From positions 12,896,001-12,960,000 of the forward strand of contig OZ024757.1 in the NCBI GenBank assembly GCA_964016885.1: 64,000 nucleotides of DNA, read 5' to 3'. Source of the DNA: Eledone cirrhosa. Its lineage: Eukaryota. The notes beneath the pieces are model-generated. The model did no database searches. It saw nothing but the letters and a program-made list of their open reading frames with translations, and was not told where the DNA came from. The position numbers and the translations under genes were made by a program. Shown here one piece after another: positions 38,501 to 52,461 of this stretch. Every line of letters begins with the position of its first letter. The first letter of the stretch is position 1.

Positions 38501-41500
38501 GGTTTTCGAAAAAAAATTAATATGCGTTTTTCAAATTGCGTTTTTCGAACTTCTGATTTCGAAAACTGATTTTTTTAGGTTTTTCGAAAAAAATTTAATC
38601 TGCAAAATTTGAAACCAGAAAGTAGATATTTCGAAAGATTTGTAAAAGCATTAATTTTTTACGTTTTTTATTAGATTTCGAAACATGCAAAATGTAAAAA
38701 GATTAATACAGAAACATGAAAAATGTAAAAAGATTAATACAGAAGTATATATTTCGACTATGAACTCAGATTCATTCTTTTTCGAAAAACCTAAAAAAAT
38801 TGATTATATAAGGTTTTCGAAAAACCTAAAAAAATCAATATTTGAAATCAGATATAAATATTTATAAAAAAATTGATTATATAAGGTTTTCAAAAAAAAT
38901 TAATATGCGTTTTTCAAATTGCGTTTTTCGAAATATTAACTTCTGATTTCGAAAACTTATTTTTTTAGGTTTTTCGAAAAAAATTTAATCTGCAAAATTT
39001 GAAACCAGAAAGTAAATATTTCGAAAGATTTGTAAAAGCATGTTTTTTTTACGTTTTCGAAACATGCAAAAAATCAGAAAAAGATTAATACAGAAGTATA
39101 TATTTCGACTATGAACTCACATTCATTCTTTTTCGAAAAACCTAAAAAAATCAATATTTGAAATCAGATATAAATATTTATAAAAAAATTGATTATATAA
39201 GGTTTTCGAAAAAAATTAATATGCGTTTTTCAAATTGCGTTTTTCGAAATATTAACTTCTGATTTCGAAAACTTATTTTTTTAGGTTTTTCGAAAAAAAT
39301 TTAATCTGCAAAATTTGAAACCAGAAAGTTTCGAAAAAAAATCAGAAAAAGATTAATACAGAAGTATATATTTCGACTATGAACTCACATTCATTCTTTT
39401 TCGAAAAACCTAAAAAAATTGATTATATAAGGTTTTCGAAAAACCTAAAAATATCAATATTTGAAATCAGATATAAATATTTATAAAAAAATTGATTATA
39501 TAAGGTTTTCGAAAAAAAATTAATATGCGTTTTTCAAATTGCGTTTTTCGAAATATTAACTTCTGATTTCGAAAACTGATTTTTTTAGGTTTTTCGAAAA
39601 AAATTTAATCTGCAAAATTTGAAACCAGAAAGTAGATATTTCGAAAGATTTGTAAAAGCATTAATTTTTTACGTTTTTTTTTAGATTTCGAAAATGCTAA
39701 CAATCAGAAAAACGTAAAAAGATTAATGCAGAAGTATATATTTCGACTATGAACTCACATTCATTCTTTTTCGAAAAACCTAAAAAAATTGATTATATAA
39801 GGTTTTCGAAAAACCTAAAAAAATCAATATTTGAAATCAGATATAAATATTTCTAAAAGTATAAAAAAATTGATTATATAAAAAAATATTGATTATATAA
39901 AAAATATTGATTATATAAAAAAATTATTTTTCGAAAAAAAATTAATATGCGTTTTTCAAGTTGCGTTTTTCGAAATATTAACTTCTGATTTCGAAAACTG
40001 AATTTTTTAGGTTTTTCGAAAAAAATTTAATCTGCAAAATTTGAAACCAGAAAGTAGATATTTCGAAAGATTTGTAAAAGCATTAATTTTTTACGTTTTT
40101 TTTTAGATTTCGAAACATGCAAAATGTAAAAAGATTAATACAGAAACATGAAAAATGTAAAAAGATTAATACAGAAGTATATATTTCGACTATGAACTCA
40201 GATTCATTCTTTTTCGAAAAACCTAAAAAAATTGATTATATAAGGTTTTCGAAAAACCTAAAAAAATCAATATTTGAAATCAGATATAAATATTTATAAA
40301 AAAATTGATTATATAAGATTTTCAAAAAAAATTAATATGCGTTTTTCAAATTGCGTTTTTCGAAATATTAACTTCTGATTTCGAAAACTTATTTTTTTAG
40401 GTTTTTCGAAAAAAATTTAATCTGCAAAATTTGAAACCAGAAAGTAAATATTTCGAAAGATTTGTAAAAGCATGTTTTTTTTACGTTTTCGAAACATGCA
40501 AAAAATCAGAAAAAGATTAATACAGAAGTATATATTTCGACTATGAACTCACATTCATTCTTTTTCGAAAAACCTAAAAAAATCAATATTTGAAATCAGA
40601 TATAAATATTTATAAAAAAATTGATTATATAAGGTTTTCGAAAAAAATTAATATGCGTTTTTCAAATTGCGTTTTTCGAAATATTAACTTCTGATTTCGA
40701 AAACTTATTTTTTTAGGTTTTTCGAAAAAAATTTAATCTGCAAAATTTGAAACCAGAAAGTTTCGAAAGATTTGTAAAAGCATGTTTTTTTTACGTTTTC
40801 GAAACATGCAAAAAATCAGAAAAAGATTAATACAGAAGTATATATTTCGACTATGAACTCAGATTCATTCTTTTTCGAAAAACCTAAAAAAATTGATTAT
40901 ATAAGGTTTTCGAAAAACCTAAAAAAATCAATATTTGAAATCAGATATAAATATTTCTAAAAGTATAAAAAAAATTGATTATATAAGGTTTTCGAAAAAA
41001 AATTAATATGCGTTTTTCAAATTGCGTTTTTCGAACTTCTGATTTCGAAAACTGATTTTTTTAGGTTTTTCGAAAAAAATTTAATCTGCAAAATTTGAAA
41101 CCAGAAAGTAAATATTTCGAAAGATTTGTAAAAGCATGTTTTTTTTACGTTTTCGAAACATGCAAAAAATCAGAAAAAGATTAATACAGAAGTATATATT
41201 TCGACTATGAACTCACATTCATTCTTTTTCGAAAAACCTAAAAAAATCAATATTTGAAATCAGATATAAATATTTATAAAAAAATTGATTATATAAGGTT
41301 TTCGAAAAAAATTAATATGCGTTTTTCAAATTGCGTTTTTCGAAATATTAACTTCTGATTTCGAAAACTTATTTTTTTAGGTTTTTCGAAAAAAATTTAA
41401 TCTGCAAAATTTGAAACCAGTAAGTTTCGAAAGATTTGTAAAAGCATGTTTTTTTTACGTTTTCGAAACATGCAAAAAATCAGAAAAAGATTAATACAGA

Positions 41501-41553
41501 AGTATATATTTCGACTATGAACTCACATTCATTCTTTTTTGAAAAACCTAAAA

Positions 41554-41654
41554 AAATTGATTATATAAGGTTTTCGAAAAACCTAAAAAAAATCAATATT
41601 TGATTTCAAATATTGATTTTTTTAGGTTTTTCGAAAACCTTATATAATCAATTT
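41554..41654. repeat. 101-bp near-perfect palindrome, copy 5
   Basis: Same centre and arms, 24114 bp from copy 3. Confidence 0.95.
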
Positions 41655-44600
41655 ATAAAAAAATTGATTATATAAGGTTTTCGAAAAAAATTAATATGCG
41701 TTTTTCAAATTGCGTTTTTCGAAATATTAACTTCTGATTTTGAAAACTTATTTTTTTAGGTTTTTCGAAAAAAATTTAATCTGCAAAATTTGAAACCAGA
41801 AAGTAAATATTTCAAAAACCATTAATATTTTACGTTTTTTATTAAATAGAAAAACGTAAAAAGATTAATGCAGAAATATATATTTCGACTATGAACTCAC
41901 ATTCATTCTTTTTCGAAAAACCTAAAAAAATTGATTATATAAGGTTTTCGAAAAACCTAAAAAAATCAATATTTGAAATCAGATATAAATATTTATAAAA
42001 AAATTGATTATATAAGGTTTTCGAAAAAAAATTAATATGCGTTTTTCAAATTGCGTTTTTCGAAATATTAACTTCTGATTTCGAAAACTGATTTTTTTAG
42101 GTTTTTCGAAAAAAATTTAATCTGCAAAATTTGAAACCAGAAAGTAGATATTTCGAAAGATTTGTAAAAGCATTAATTTTTTACGTTTTTTTTAAATTTC
42201 GAAAATGCTAACAATCAGAAAAACGTAAAAAGATTAATGCAGAAGTATATATTTCGACTATGAACTCACATTCATTCTTTTTCGAAAAACCTAAAAAAAT
42301 CAATATTTGAAATCAGATATAAATATTTCTAAAAGTATAAAAAAATTGATTATATAAAAAAATATTGATTATATAAAAAATATTGATTATATAAAATAAT
42401 TATTTTTCGAAAAAAAATTAATATGCGTTTTTCAAATTGCGTTTTTCGAAATATTAACTTCTGATTTCGAAAACTGATTTTTTTAGGTTTTTCGAAAAAA
42501 ATTTAATCTGCAAAATTTGAAACCAGACAGTAGATATTTCGAAAGATTTGTAAAAGCATTAATTTTTTACGTTTTTTTTAGATTTCGAAACATGCAAAAT
42601 GTAAAAAGATTAATACAGAAACATGAAAAATGTAAAAAGATTAATACAGAAGTATATATTTCGACTATGAACTCAGATTCATTCTTTTTCGAAAAACCTA
42701 AAAAAATCAATATTTGAAATCAGATATAAATATTTCTAAAAGTATAAAAAAATTGATTATATAAAAAAATATTGATTATATAAAAAATATTGATTATATA
42801 AAAAAATTATTTTTCGAAAAAAAATTAATATGCGTTTTTCAAATTGCGTTTTTCGAAATATTAACTTCTGATTTCGAAAACTGATTTTTTTAGGTTTTTC
42901 GAAAAAAATTTAATCTGCAAAATTTGAAACCAGAAAGTAGATATTTCGAAAGATTTGTAAAAGCATTAATTTTTTACGTTTTTTTTAGATTTCGAAACAT
43001 GCAAAATGTAAAAAGATTAATACAGAAACATGAAAAATGTAAAAAGATTAATACAGAAGTATATATTTCGACTATGAACTCAGATTCATTCTTTTTCGAA
43101 AAACCTAAAAAAATTGATTATATAAGGTTTTCGAAAAACCTAAAAAAATCAATATTTGAAATCAGATATAAATATTTCTAAAAGTATAAAAAAATTGATT
43201 ATATAAGGTTTTCGAAAAAAAATTAATATGCGTTTTTCAAATTGCGTTTTTCGAACTTCTGATTTCGAAAACTGATTTTTTTAGGTTTTTTGAAAAAAAT
43301 TTAATCTGCAAAATTTGAAACCAGAAAGTAAATATTTCGAAAGATTTGTAAAAGCATGTTTTTTTTACGTTTTCGAAACATGCAAAAAATCAGAAAAAGA
43401 TTAATACAGAAGTATATATTTCGACTATGAACTCACATTCATTCTTTTTCGAAAAACCTAAAAAAATTGATTATATAAGGTTTTCGAAAAACCTAAAAAA
43501 ATCAATATTTGAAATCAGATATAAATATTTCTAAAAGTATGAAAAAATTGATTATATAAAAAAATATTGATTATATAAAAAATATTGATTATATAAAAAA
43601 ATTATTTTTCGAAACAAAATTAATATGCGTTTTTGAAATTGCGTTTTTCGAAATATTAACTGCTGATTTCGAAAACTGATTTTTTTAGGTTTTTCGAAAA
43701 AAATTTAATCTGCAAAACTTGAAACCAGAAAGTAGATATTTCGAAAGATTTGTAAAAGCATTAATTTTTTACGTTTTTTTTAGATTTCGAAACACGCAAA
43801 ATGTAAAAAGATTAATACAGAAACATGAAAAATGTAAAAAGATTAATACAGAAGTATATATTTCGACTATGAACTCAGATTCATTCTTTTTCGAAAAACC
43901 TAAAAAAATTGATTATATAAGGTTTTCGAAAAACCTAAAAAAATCAATATTTGAAATTAGATATAAATATTTATAAAAAAATTGATTATATAAGGTTTTC
44001 AAAAAAAATTAATATGCGTTTTTCAAATTGCGTTTTTCGAAATATTAACTTCTAATTTCGAAAACTGATTTTTTTAGGTTTTTCGAAAAAAATTTAATCT
44101 GCAAATTTTGAAACCAGAAAGTAGATATTTCGAAAGATTTGTAAAAGCATTAATTTTTTACGTTTTTTTTAGATTTCGAAACATGCAAAATGTAAAAAGA
44201 TTAATACAGAAACATGAAAAATGTAAAAAGATTAATACAGAAGTATATATTTCGACTATGAACTCAGATTCATTCTTTTTCGAAAAACCTAAAAAAATCA
44301 ATATTTGAAATCAGATATAAATATTTCTAAAAGTATAAAAAAAATTGATTATATAAGGTTTTCGAAAAAAAATTAATATGCGTTTTTCAAATTGCGTTTT
44401 TCGAACTTCTGATTTCGAAAACTTATTTTTTTAGGTTTTTCGAAAAAAATTTAATCTGCAAAATTTGAAACCAGAAAGTAAATATTTCGAAAGATTTGTA
44501 AAAGCATGTTTTTTTTACGTTTTCGAAACATGCAAAAAATCAGAAAAAGATTAATACAGAAGTATATATTTCGACTATGAACTCAAATTCATTTTTGTTC

Positions 44601-47600
44601 GAAAAACCTAAAAAAAAATTGATTATATAAGGTTTTCGAAAAAAATTAATATACGTTTTTCAAATTGCGTTTTTCGAAATATTAACTTCTGATTTCGAAA
44701 ACTTATTTTTTTAGGTTTTTCGAAAAAAATTTAATCTGCAAAATTTGAAACCAGAAAGTAGATATTTCGAAAGATTTGTAAAATCATTAATTTTTTACGT
44801 TTTTTTTTAGATTTCGAAACATGCAAAATGTAAAAAGATTAATACAGAAACATGAAAAATGTAAAAAGATTAATACAGAAGTATATATTTCGACTATGAA
44901 CTCAGATTCATTCTTTTTCGAAAAACCTAAAAAAATTGATTATATAAGGTTTTCGAAAAACCTAAAAATATCAATATTTGAAATCAGATATAAATATTTA
45001 TAAAAAAATTGATTATATAAGGTTTTCGAAAAAAAATTAATATGCCTTTTTCAAATTGCGTTTTTCGAAATATTAACTTCTGATTTCGAAAACTGATTTT
45101 TTTAGGTTTTTCGAAAAAAATTTAATCTGCAAAATTTGAAACCAGAAAGTAGATATTTCGAAAGATTTGTAAAAGCATTAATTTTTTACGTTTTTTTTAG
45201 ATTTCGAAAATGCTAACAATCAGAAAAACATAAAAAGATTAATGCAGAAGTATATATTGCGACTATGAACTCACATTCATTCTTTTTCGAAAAACCTAAA
45301 AAAATCAATATTTGAAATCAGATATAAATATTTATAAAAAAATTGATTATATAAGGTTTTCAAAAAAAATTAATATGCGTTTTTCAAATTGCGTTTTTCG
45401 AAATATTAACTTCTGATTTCGAAAACTTATTTTTTTAGGTTTTTCGAAAAAAATTTAATCTGCAAAATTTGAAACCAGAAAGTAAATATTTCGAAAGATT
45501 TGTAAAAGCATGTTTTTTTTACGTTTTCGAAACATGCAAAAAATCAGAAAAAGATTAATACAGAAGTATATATTTCGACTATGAACTCACATTCATTCTT
45601 TTTCGAAAAACCTAAAAAAATTGATTATATAAGGTTTTCGAAAAACCTAAAAAAATCAATATTTGAAATCAGATATAAATATTTATAAAAAAATTGATTA
45701 TATAAGGTTTTCAAAAAAAATTAATATGCGTTTTTCAAATTGCGTTTTTCGAAATATTAACTTCTGATTTCGAAAACTTATTTTTTTAGGTTTTTCGAAA
45801 AAAATTTAATCTGCAAAATTTGAAACCAGAAAGTAAATATTTCGAAAGATTTGTAAAAGCATGTTTTTTTTACGTTTTCGAAACATGCAAAAAATCAGAA
45901 AAAGATTAATACAGAAGTATATATTTCGACTATGAACTCACATTCATTCTTTTTCGAAAAACCTAAAAAAATCAATATTTGAAATCAGATATAAATATTT
46001 ATAAAAAAATTGATTATATAAGGTTTTCGAAAAAAATTAATATGCGTTTTTCAAATTGCGTTTTTCGAAATATTAACATCTGATTTCGAAAACTTATTTT
46101 TTTAGGTTTTTCGAAAAAAATTTAATCTGCAAAATTTGAAACCAGAAAGTTTCGAAAGATTTGTAAAAGCATGTTTTTTTTACGTTTTCGAAACATGCAA
46201 AAAATCAGAAAAAGATTAATACAGAAATATATATTTCGACTATGAACTCACATTCATTCTTTTTCGAAAAACCTAAAAAAATTGATTATATAAGGTTTTC
46301 GAAAAACCTAAAAATATCAATATTTGAAATCAGATATAAATATTTATAAAAAAATTGATTATATAAGGTTTTCGAAAAAAAATTAATATGCGTTTTTCAA
46401 ATTGCGTTTTTCGAAATATTAACTTCTGATTTCGAAAACTGATTTTTTTAGGTTTTTCGAAAAAAATTTAATCTGCAAAATTTGAAACCAGAAAGTAGAT
46501 ATTTCGAAAGATTTGTAAAAGCATTAATTTTTTACGTTTTTTTTTAGATTTCGAAACATGCAAAATGTAAAAAGATTAATACAGAAACATGAAAAATGTA
46601 AAAAGATTAATACAGAAGTATATATTTCGACTATGAACTCAGATTCATTCTTTTTCGAAAAACCTAAAAAAATTGATTATATAAGGTTTTCGAAAAACCT
46701 AAAAAAATCAATATTTGAAATCAGATATAAATATTTATAAAAAAATTGATTATATAAGGTTTTCAAAAAAAATTAATATGCGTTTTTCAAATTGCGTTTT
46801 TCGAAATATTAACTTCTGATTTCGAAAACTTATTTTTTTAGATTTTTCGAAAAAAATTTAATCTGCAAAATTTGAAACCAGAGAGTTTCGAAAGATTTGT
46901 AGAAGCATATTTTTTTTACGTTTTCGAAAAATGCAAAAAATCAGAAAAAGATTAATACAGAAGTATATATTTCGACTATGAACTCACATTCATTCTTTTT
47001 CGAAAAACCTAAAAAAATTGATTATATAAGGTTTTCGAAAAAAATTAATATGCGTTTTTCAAATTGCGTTTTTCGAAATATTAACTTCTGATTTTGAAAA
47101 CTTATTTTTTTAGGTTTTTCGAAAAAAATTTAATCTGCAAAATTTGAAACCAGAAAGTAAATATTTCAAAAACCATTAATATTTTACGTTTTTTATTAGA
47201 TAGAAAAACGTAAAAAGATTAATGCAGAAATATATATTTCGACTATGAACTCACATTCATTCTTTTTCGAAAAACCTAAAAAAATTGATTATATAAGGTT
47301 TTCGAAAAACCTAAAAAAATCAATATTTGAAATCAGATATAAATATTTATAAAAAAATTGATTATATAAGGTTTTCGAAAAAAAATTAATATGCGTTTTT
47401 CAAATTGCGTTTTTCGAAATATTAACTTCTGATTTCGAAAACTGATTTTTTTAGGTTTTTCGAAAAAAATTTAATCTGCAAAATTTGAAACCAGAAAGTA
47501 GATATTTCGAAAGATTTGTAAAAGCATTAATTTTTTACGTTTTTTTTAAATTTCGAAAATGCTAACAATCAGAAAAACGTAAAAAGATTAATGCAGAAGT

Positions 47601-50600
47601 ATATATTTCGACTATGAACTCACATTCATTCTTTTTCGAAAAACCTAAAAAAATCAATATTTGAAATCAGATATAAATATTTCTAAAAGTATAAAAAAAT
47701 TGATTATATAAAAAAATATTGATTATATAAAAAATATTGATTATATAAAATAATTATTTTTCGAAAAAAAATTAATATGCGTTTTTCAAATTGCGTTTTT
47801 CGAAATATTAACTTCTGATTTCGAAAACTGATTTTTTTAGGTTTTTCGAAAAAAATTTAATCTGCAAAATTTGAAACCAGACAGTAGATATTTCGAAAGA
47901 TTTGTAAAAGCATTAATTTTTTACGTTTTTTTTAGATTTCGAAACATGCAAAATGTAAAAAGATTAATACAGAAACATGAAAAATGTAAAAAGATTAATA
48001 CAGAAGTATATATTTCGACTATGAACTCAGATTCATTCTTTTTCGAAAAACCTAAAAAAATCAATATTTGAAATCAGATATAAATATTTCTAAAAGTATA
48101 AAAAAATTGATTATATAAAAAAATATTGATTATATAAAAAATATTGATTATATAAAAAAATTATTTTTCGAAAAAAAATTAATATGCGTTTTTAGAAAAA
48201 CCTAAAAAAATTGATTATATAAGGTTTTCGAAAAACCTAAAAAAATCAATATTTGAAATCAGATATAAATATTTATAAAAAAATTGATTATATAAGGTTT
48301 TCAAAAAAAATTAATATGCGTTTTTCAAATTGCGTTTTTCGAAATATTAACTTCTAATTTCGAAAACTGATTTTTTTAGGTTTTTCGAAAAAAATTTAAT
48401 CTGCAAATTTTGAAACCAGAAAGTAGATATTTCGAAAGATTTGTAAAAGCATTAATTTTTTACGTTTTTTTTAGATTTCGAAACATGCAAAATGTAAAAA
48501 GATTAATACAGAAACATGAAAAATGTAAAAAGATTAATACAGAAGTATATATTTCGACTATGAACTCAGATTCATTCTTTTTCGAAAAACCTAAAAAAAT
48601 CAATATTTGAAATCAGATATAAATATTTCTAAAAGTATAAAAAAAATTGATTATATAAGGTTTTCGAAAAAAAATTAATATGCGTTTTTCAAATTGCGTT
48701 TTTCGAACTTCTGATTTCGAAAACTTATTTTTTTAGGTTTTTCGAAAAAAATTTAATCTGCAAAATTTGAAACCAGAAAGTAAATATTTCGAAAGATTTG
48801 TAAAAGCATGTTTTTTTTACGTTTTCGAAACATGCAAAAAATCAGAAAAAGATTAATACAGAAGTATATATTTCGACTATGAACTCAAATTCATTTTTGT
48901 TCGAAAAACCTAAAAAAAAATTGATTATATAAGGTTTTCGAAAAAAATTAATATACGTTTTTCAAATTGCGTTTTTCGAAATATTAACTTCTGATTTCGA
49001 AAACTTATTTTTTTAGGTTTTTCGAAAAAAATTTAATCTGCAAAATTTGAAACCAGAAAGTAGATATTTCGAAAGATTTGTAAAATCATTAATTTTTTAC
49101 GTTTTTTTTTAGATTTCGAAACATGCAAAATGTAAAAAGATTAATACAGAAACATGAAAAATGTAAAAAGATTAATACAGAAGTATATATTTCGACTATG
49201 AACTCAGATTCATTCTTTTTCGAAAAACCTAAAAAAATTGATTATATAAGGTTTTCGAAAAACCTAAAAATATCAATATTTGAAATCAGATATAAATATT
49301 TATAAAAAAATTGATTATATAAGGTTTTCGAAAAAAAATTAATATGCCTTTTTCAAATTGCGTTTTTCGAAATATTAACTTCTGATTTCGAAAACTGATT
49401 TTTTTAGGTTTTTCGAAAAAAATTTAATCTGCAAAATTTGAAACCAGAAAGTAGATATTTCGAAAGATTTGTAAAAGCATTAATTTTTTACGTTTTTTTT
49501 AGATTTCGAAAATGCTAACAATCAGAAAAACATAAAAAGATTAATGCAGAAGTATATATTTCGACTATGAACTCACATTCATTCTTTTTCGAAAAACCTA
49601 AAAAAATTGATTATATAAGGTTTTCGAAAAACCTAAAAAAATCAATATTTGAAATCAGATATAAATATTTATAAAAAAATTGATTATATAAGGTTTTCAA
49701 AAAAAATTAATATGCGTTTTTCAAATTGCGTTTTTCGAAATATTAACTTCTGATTTCGAAAACTTATTTTTTTAGGTTTTTCGAAAAAAATTTAATCTGC
49801 AAAATTTGAAACCAGAAAGTAAATATTTCGAAAGATTTGTAAAAGCATGTTTTTTTTACGTTTTCGAAACATGCAAAAAATCAGAAAAAGATTAATACAG
49901 AAGTATATATTTCGACTATGAACTCACATTCATTCTTTTTCGAAAAACCTAAAAAAATCAATATTTGAAATCAGATATAAATATTTATAAAAAAATTGAT
50001 TATATAAGGTTTTCGAAAAAAATTAATATGCGTTTTTCAAATTGCGTTTTTCGAAATATTAACATCTGATTTCGAAAACTTATTTTTTTAGGTTTTTCGA
50101 AAAAAATTTAATCTGCAAAATTTGAAACCAGAAAGTTTCGAAAAAAAATCAGAAAAAGATTAATACAGAAGTATATATTTCGACTATGAACTCACATTCA
50201 TTCTTTTTCGAAAAACCTAAAAAAATTGATTATATAAGGTTTTCGAAAAACCTAAAAATATCAATATTTGAAATCAGATATAAATATTTATAAAAAAATT
50301 GATTATATAAGGTTTTCGAAAAAAAATTAATATGCGTTTTTCAAATTGCGTTTTTCGAAATATTAACTTCTGATTTCGAAAACTGATTTTTTTAGGTTTT
50401 TCGAAAAAAATTTAATCTGCAAAATTTGAAACCAGAAAGTAGATATTTCGAAAGATTTGTAAAAGCATTAATTTTTTACGTTTTTTTTTAGATTTCGAAA
50501 ATGCTAACAATCAGAAAAACGTAAAAAGATTAATGCAGAAGTATATATTTCGACTATGAACTCACATTCATTCTTTTTCGAAAAACCTAAAAAAATTGAT

Positions 50601-52360
50601 TATATAAGGTTTTCGAAAAACCTAAAAAAATCAATATTTAAAATCAGATATAAATATTTCTAAAAGTATGAAAAAATTGATTATATAAAAAAATATTGAT
50701 TATATAAAAAATATTGATTATATAAAAAAATTATTTTTCGAAAAAAAATTAATATGCGTTTTTCAAGTTGCGTTTTTCGAAATATTAACTTCTGATTTCG
50801 AAAACTGAATTTTTTAGGTTTTTCGAAAAAAATTTAATCTGCAAAATTTGAAACCAGAAAGTAGATATTTCGAAAGATTTGTAAAAGCATTAATTTTTTA
50901 CGTTTTTTTTTAGATTTCGAAACATGCAAAATGTAAAAAGATTAATACAGAAACATGAAAAATGTAAAAAGATTAATACAGAAGTATATATTTCGACTAT
51001 GAACTCAGATTCATTCTTTTTCGAAAAACCTAAAAAAATTGATTATATAAGGTTTTCGAAAAACCTAAAAAAATCAATATTTGAAATCAGATATAAATAT
51101 TTATAAAAAAATTGATTATATAAGATTTTCAAAAAAAATTAATATGCGTTTTTCAAATTGCGTTTTTCGAAATATTAACTTCTGATTTCGAAAACTTATT
51201 TTTTTAGGTTTTTCGAAAAAAATTTAATCTGCAAAATTTGAAACCAGAAAGTAAATATTTCGAAAGATTTGTAAAAGCATGTTTTTTTTACGTTTTCGAA
51301 ACATGCAAAAAATCAGAAAAAGATTAATACAGAAGTATATATTTCGACTATGAACTCACATTCATTCTTTTTCGAAAAACCTAAAAAAATCAATATTTGA
51401 AATCAGATATAAATATTTATAAAAAAATTGATTATATAAGGTTTTCGAAAAAAATTAATATGCGTTTTTCAAATTGCGTTTTTCGAAATATTAACTTCTG
51501 ATTTCGAAAACTTATTTTTTTAGGTTTTTCGAAAAAAATTTAATCTGCAAAATTTGAAACCAGAAAGTTTCGAAAGATTTGTAAAAGCATGTTTTTTTTA
51601 CGTTTTCGAAACATGCAAAAAATCAGAAAAAGATTAATACAGAAGTATATATTTCGACTATGAACTCAGATTCATTCTTTTTCGAAAAACCTAAAAAAAT
51701 TGATTATATAAGGTTTTCGAAAAACCTAAAAAAATCAATATTTGAAATCAGATATAAATATTTCTAAAAGTATAAAAAAAATTGATTATATAAGGTTTTC
51801 GAAAAAAAATTAATATGCGTTTTTCAAATTGCGTTTTTCGAACTTCTGATTTCGAAAACTGATTTTTTTAGGTTTTTCGAAAAAAATTTAATCTGCAAAA
51901 TTTGAAACCAGAAAGTAAATATTTCGAAAGATTTGTAAAAGCATGTTTTTTTTACGTTTTCGAAACATGCAAAAAATCAGAAAAAGATTAATACAGAAGT
52001 ATATATTTCGACTATGAACTCACATTCATTCTTTTTCGAAAAACCTAAAAAAATCAATATTTGAAATCAGATATAAATATTTATAAAAAAATTGATTATA
52101 TAAGGTTTTCGAAAAAAATTAATATGCGTTTTTCAAATTGCGTTTTTCGAAATATTAACTTCTGATTTCGAAAACTTATTTTTTTAGGTTTTTCGAAAAA
52201 AATTTAATCTGCAAAATTTGAAACCAGTAAGTTTCGAAAGATTTGTAAAAGCATGTTTTTTTTACGTTTTCGAAACATGCAAAAAATCAGAAAAAGATTA
52301 ATACAGAAGTATATATTTCGACTATGAACTCACATTCATTCTTTTTCGAAAAACCTAAAA

Positions 52361-52461
52361 AAATTGATTATATAAGGTTTTCGAAAAACCTAAAAAAAAT
52401 CAATATTTGATTTCAAATATTGATTTTTTTAGGTTTTTCGAAAACCTTATATAATCAATTT
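52361..52461. repeat. 101-bp near-perfect palindrome, copy 6
   Basis: Same centre and arms, 16868 bp from copy 4. Confidence 0.95.
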
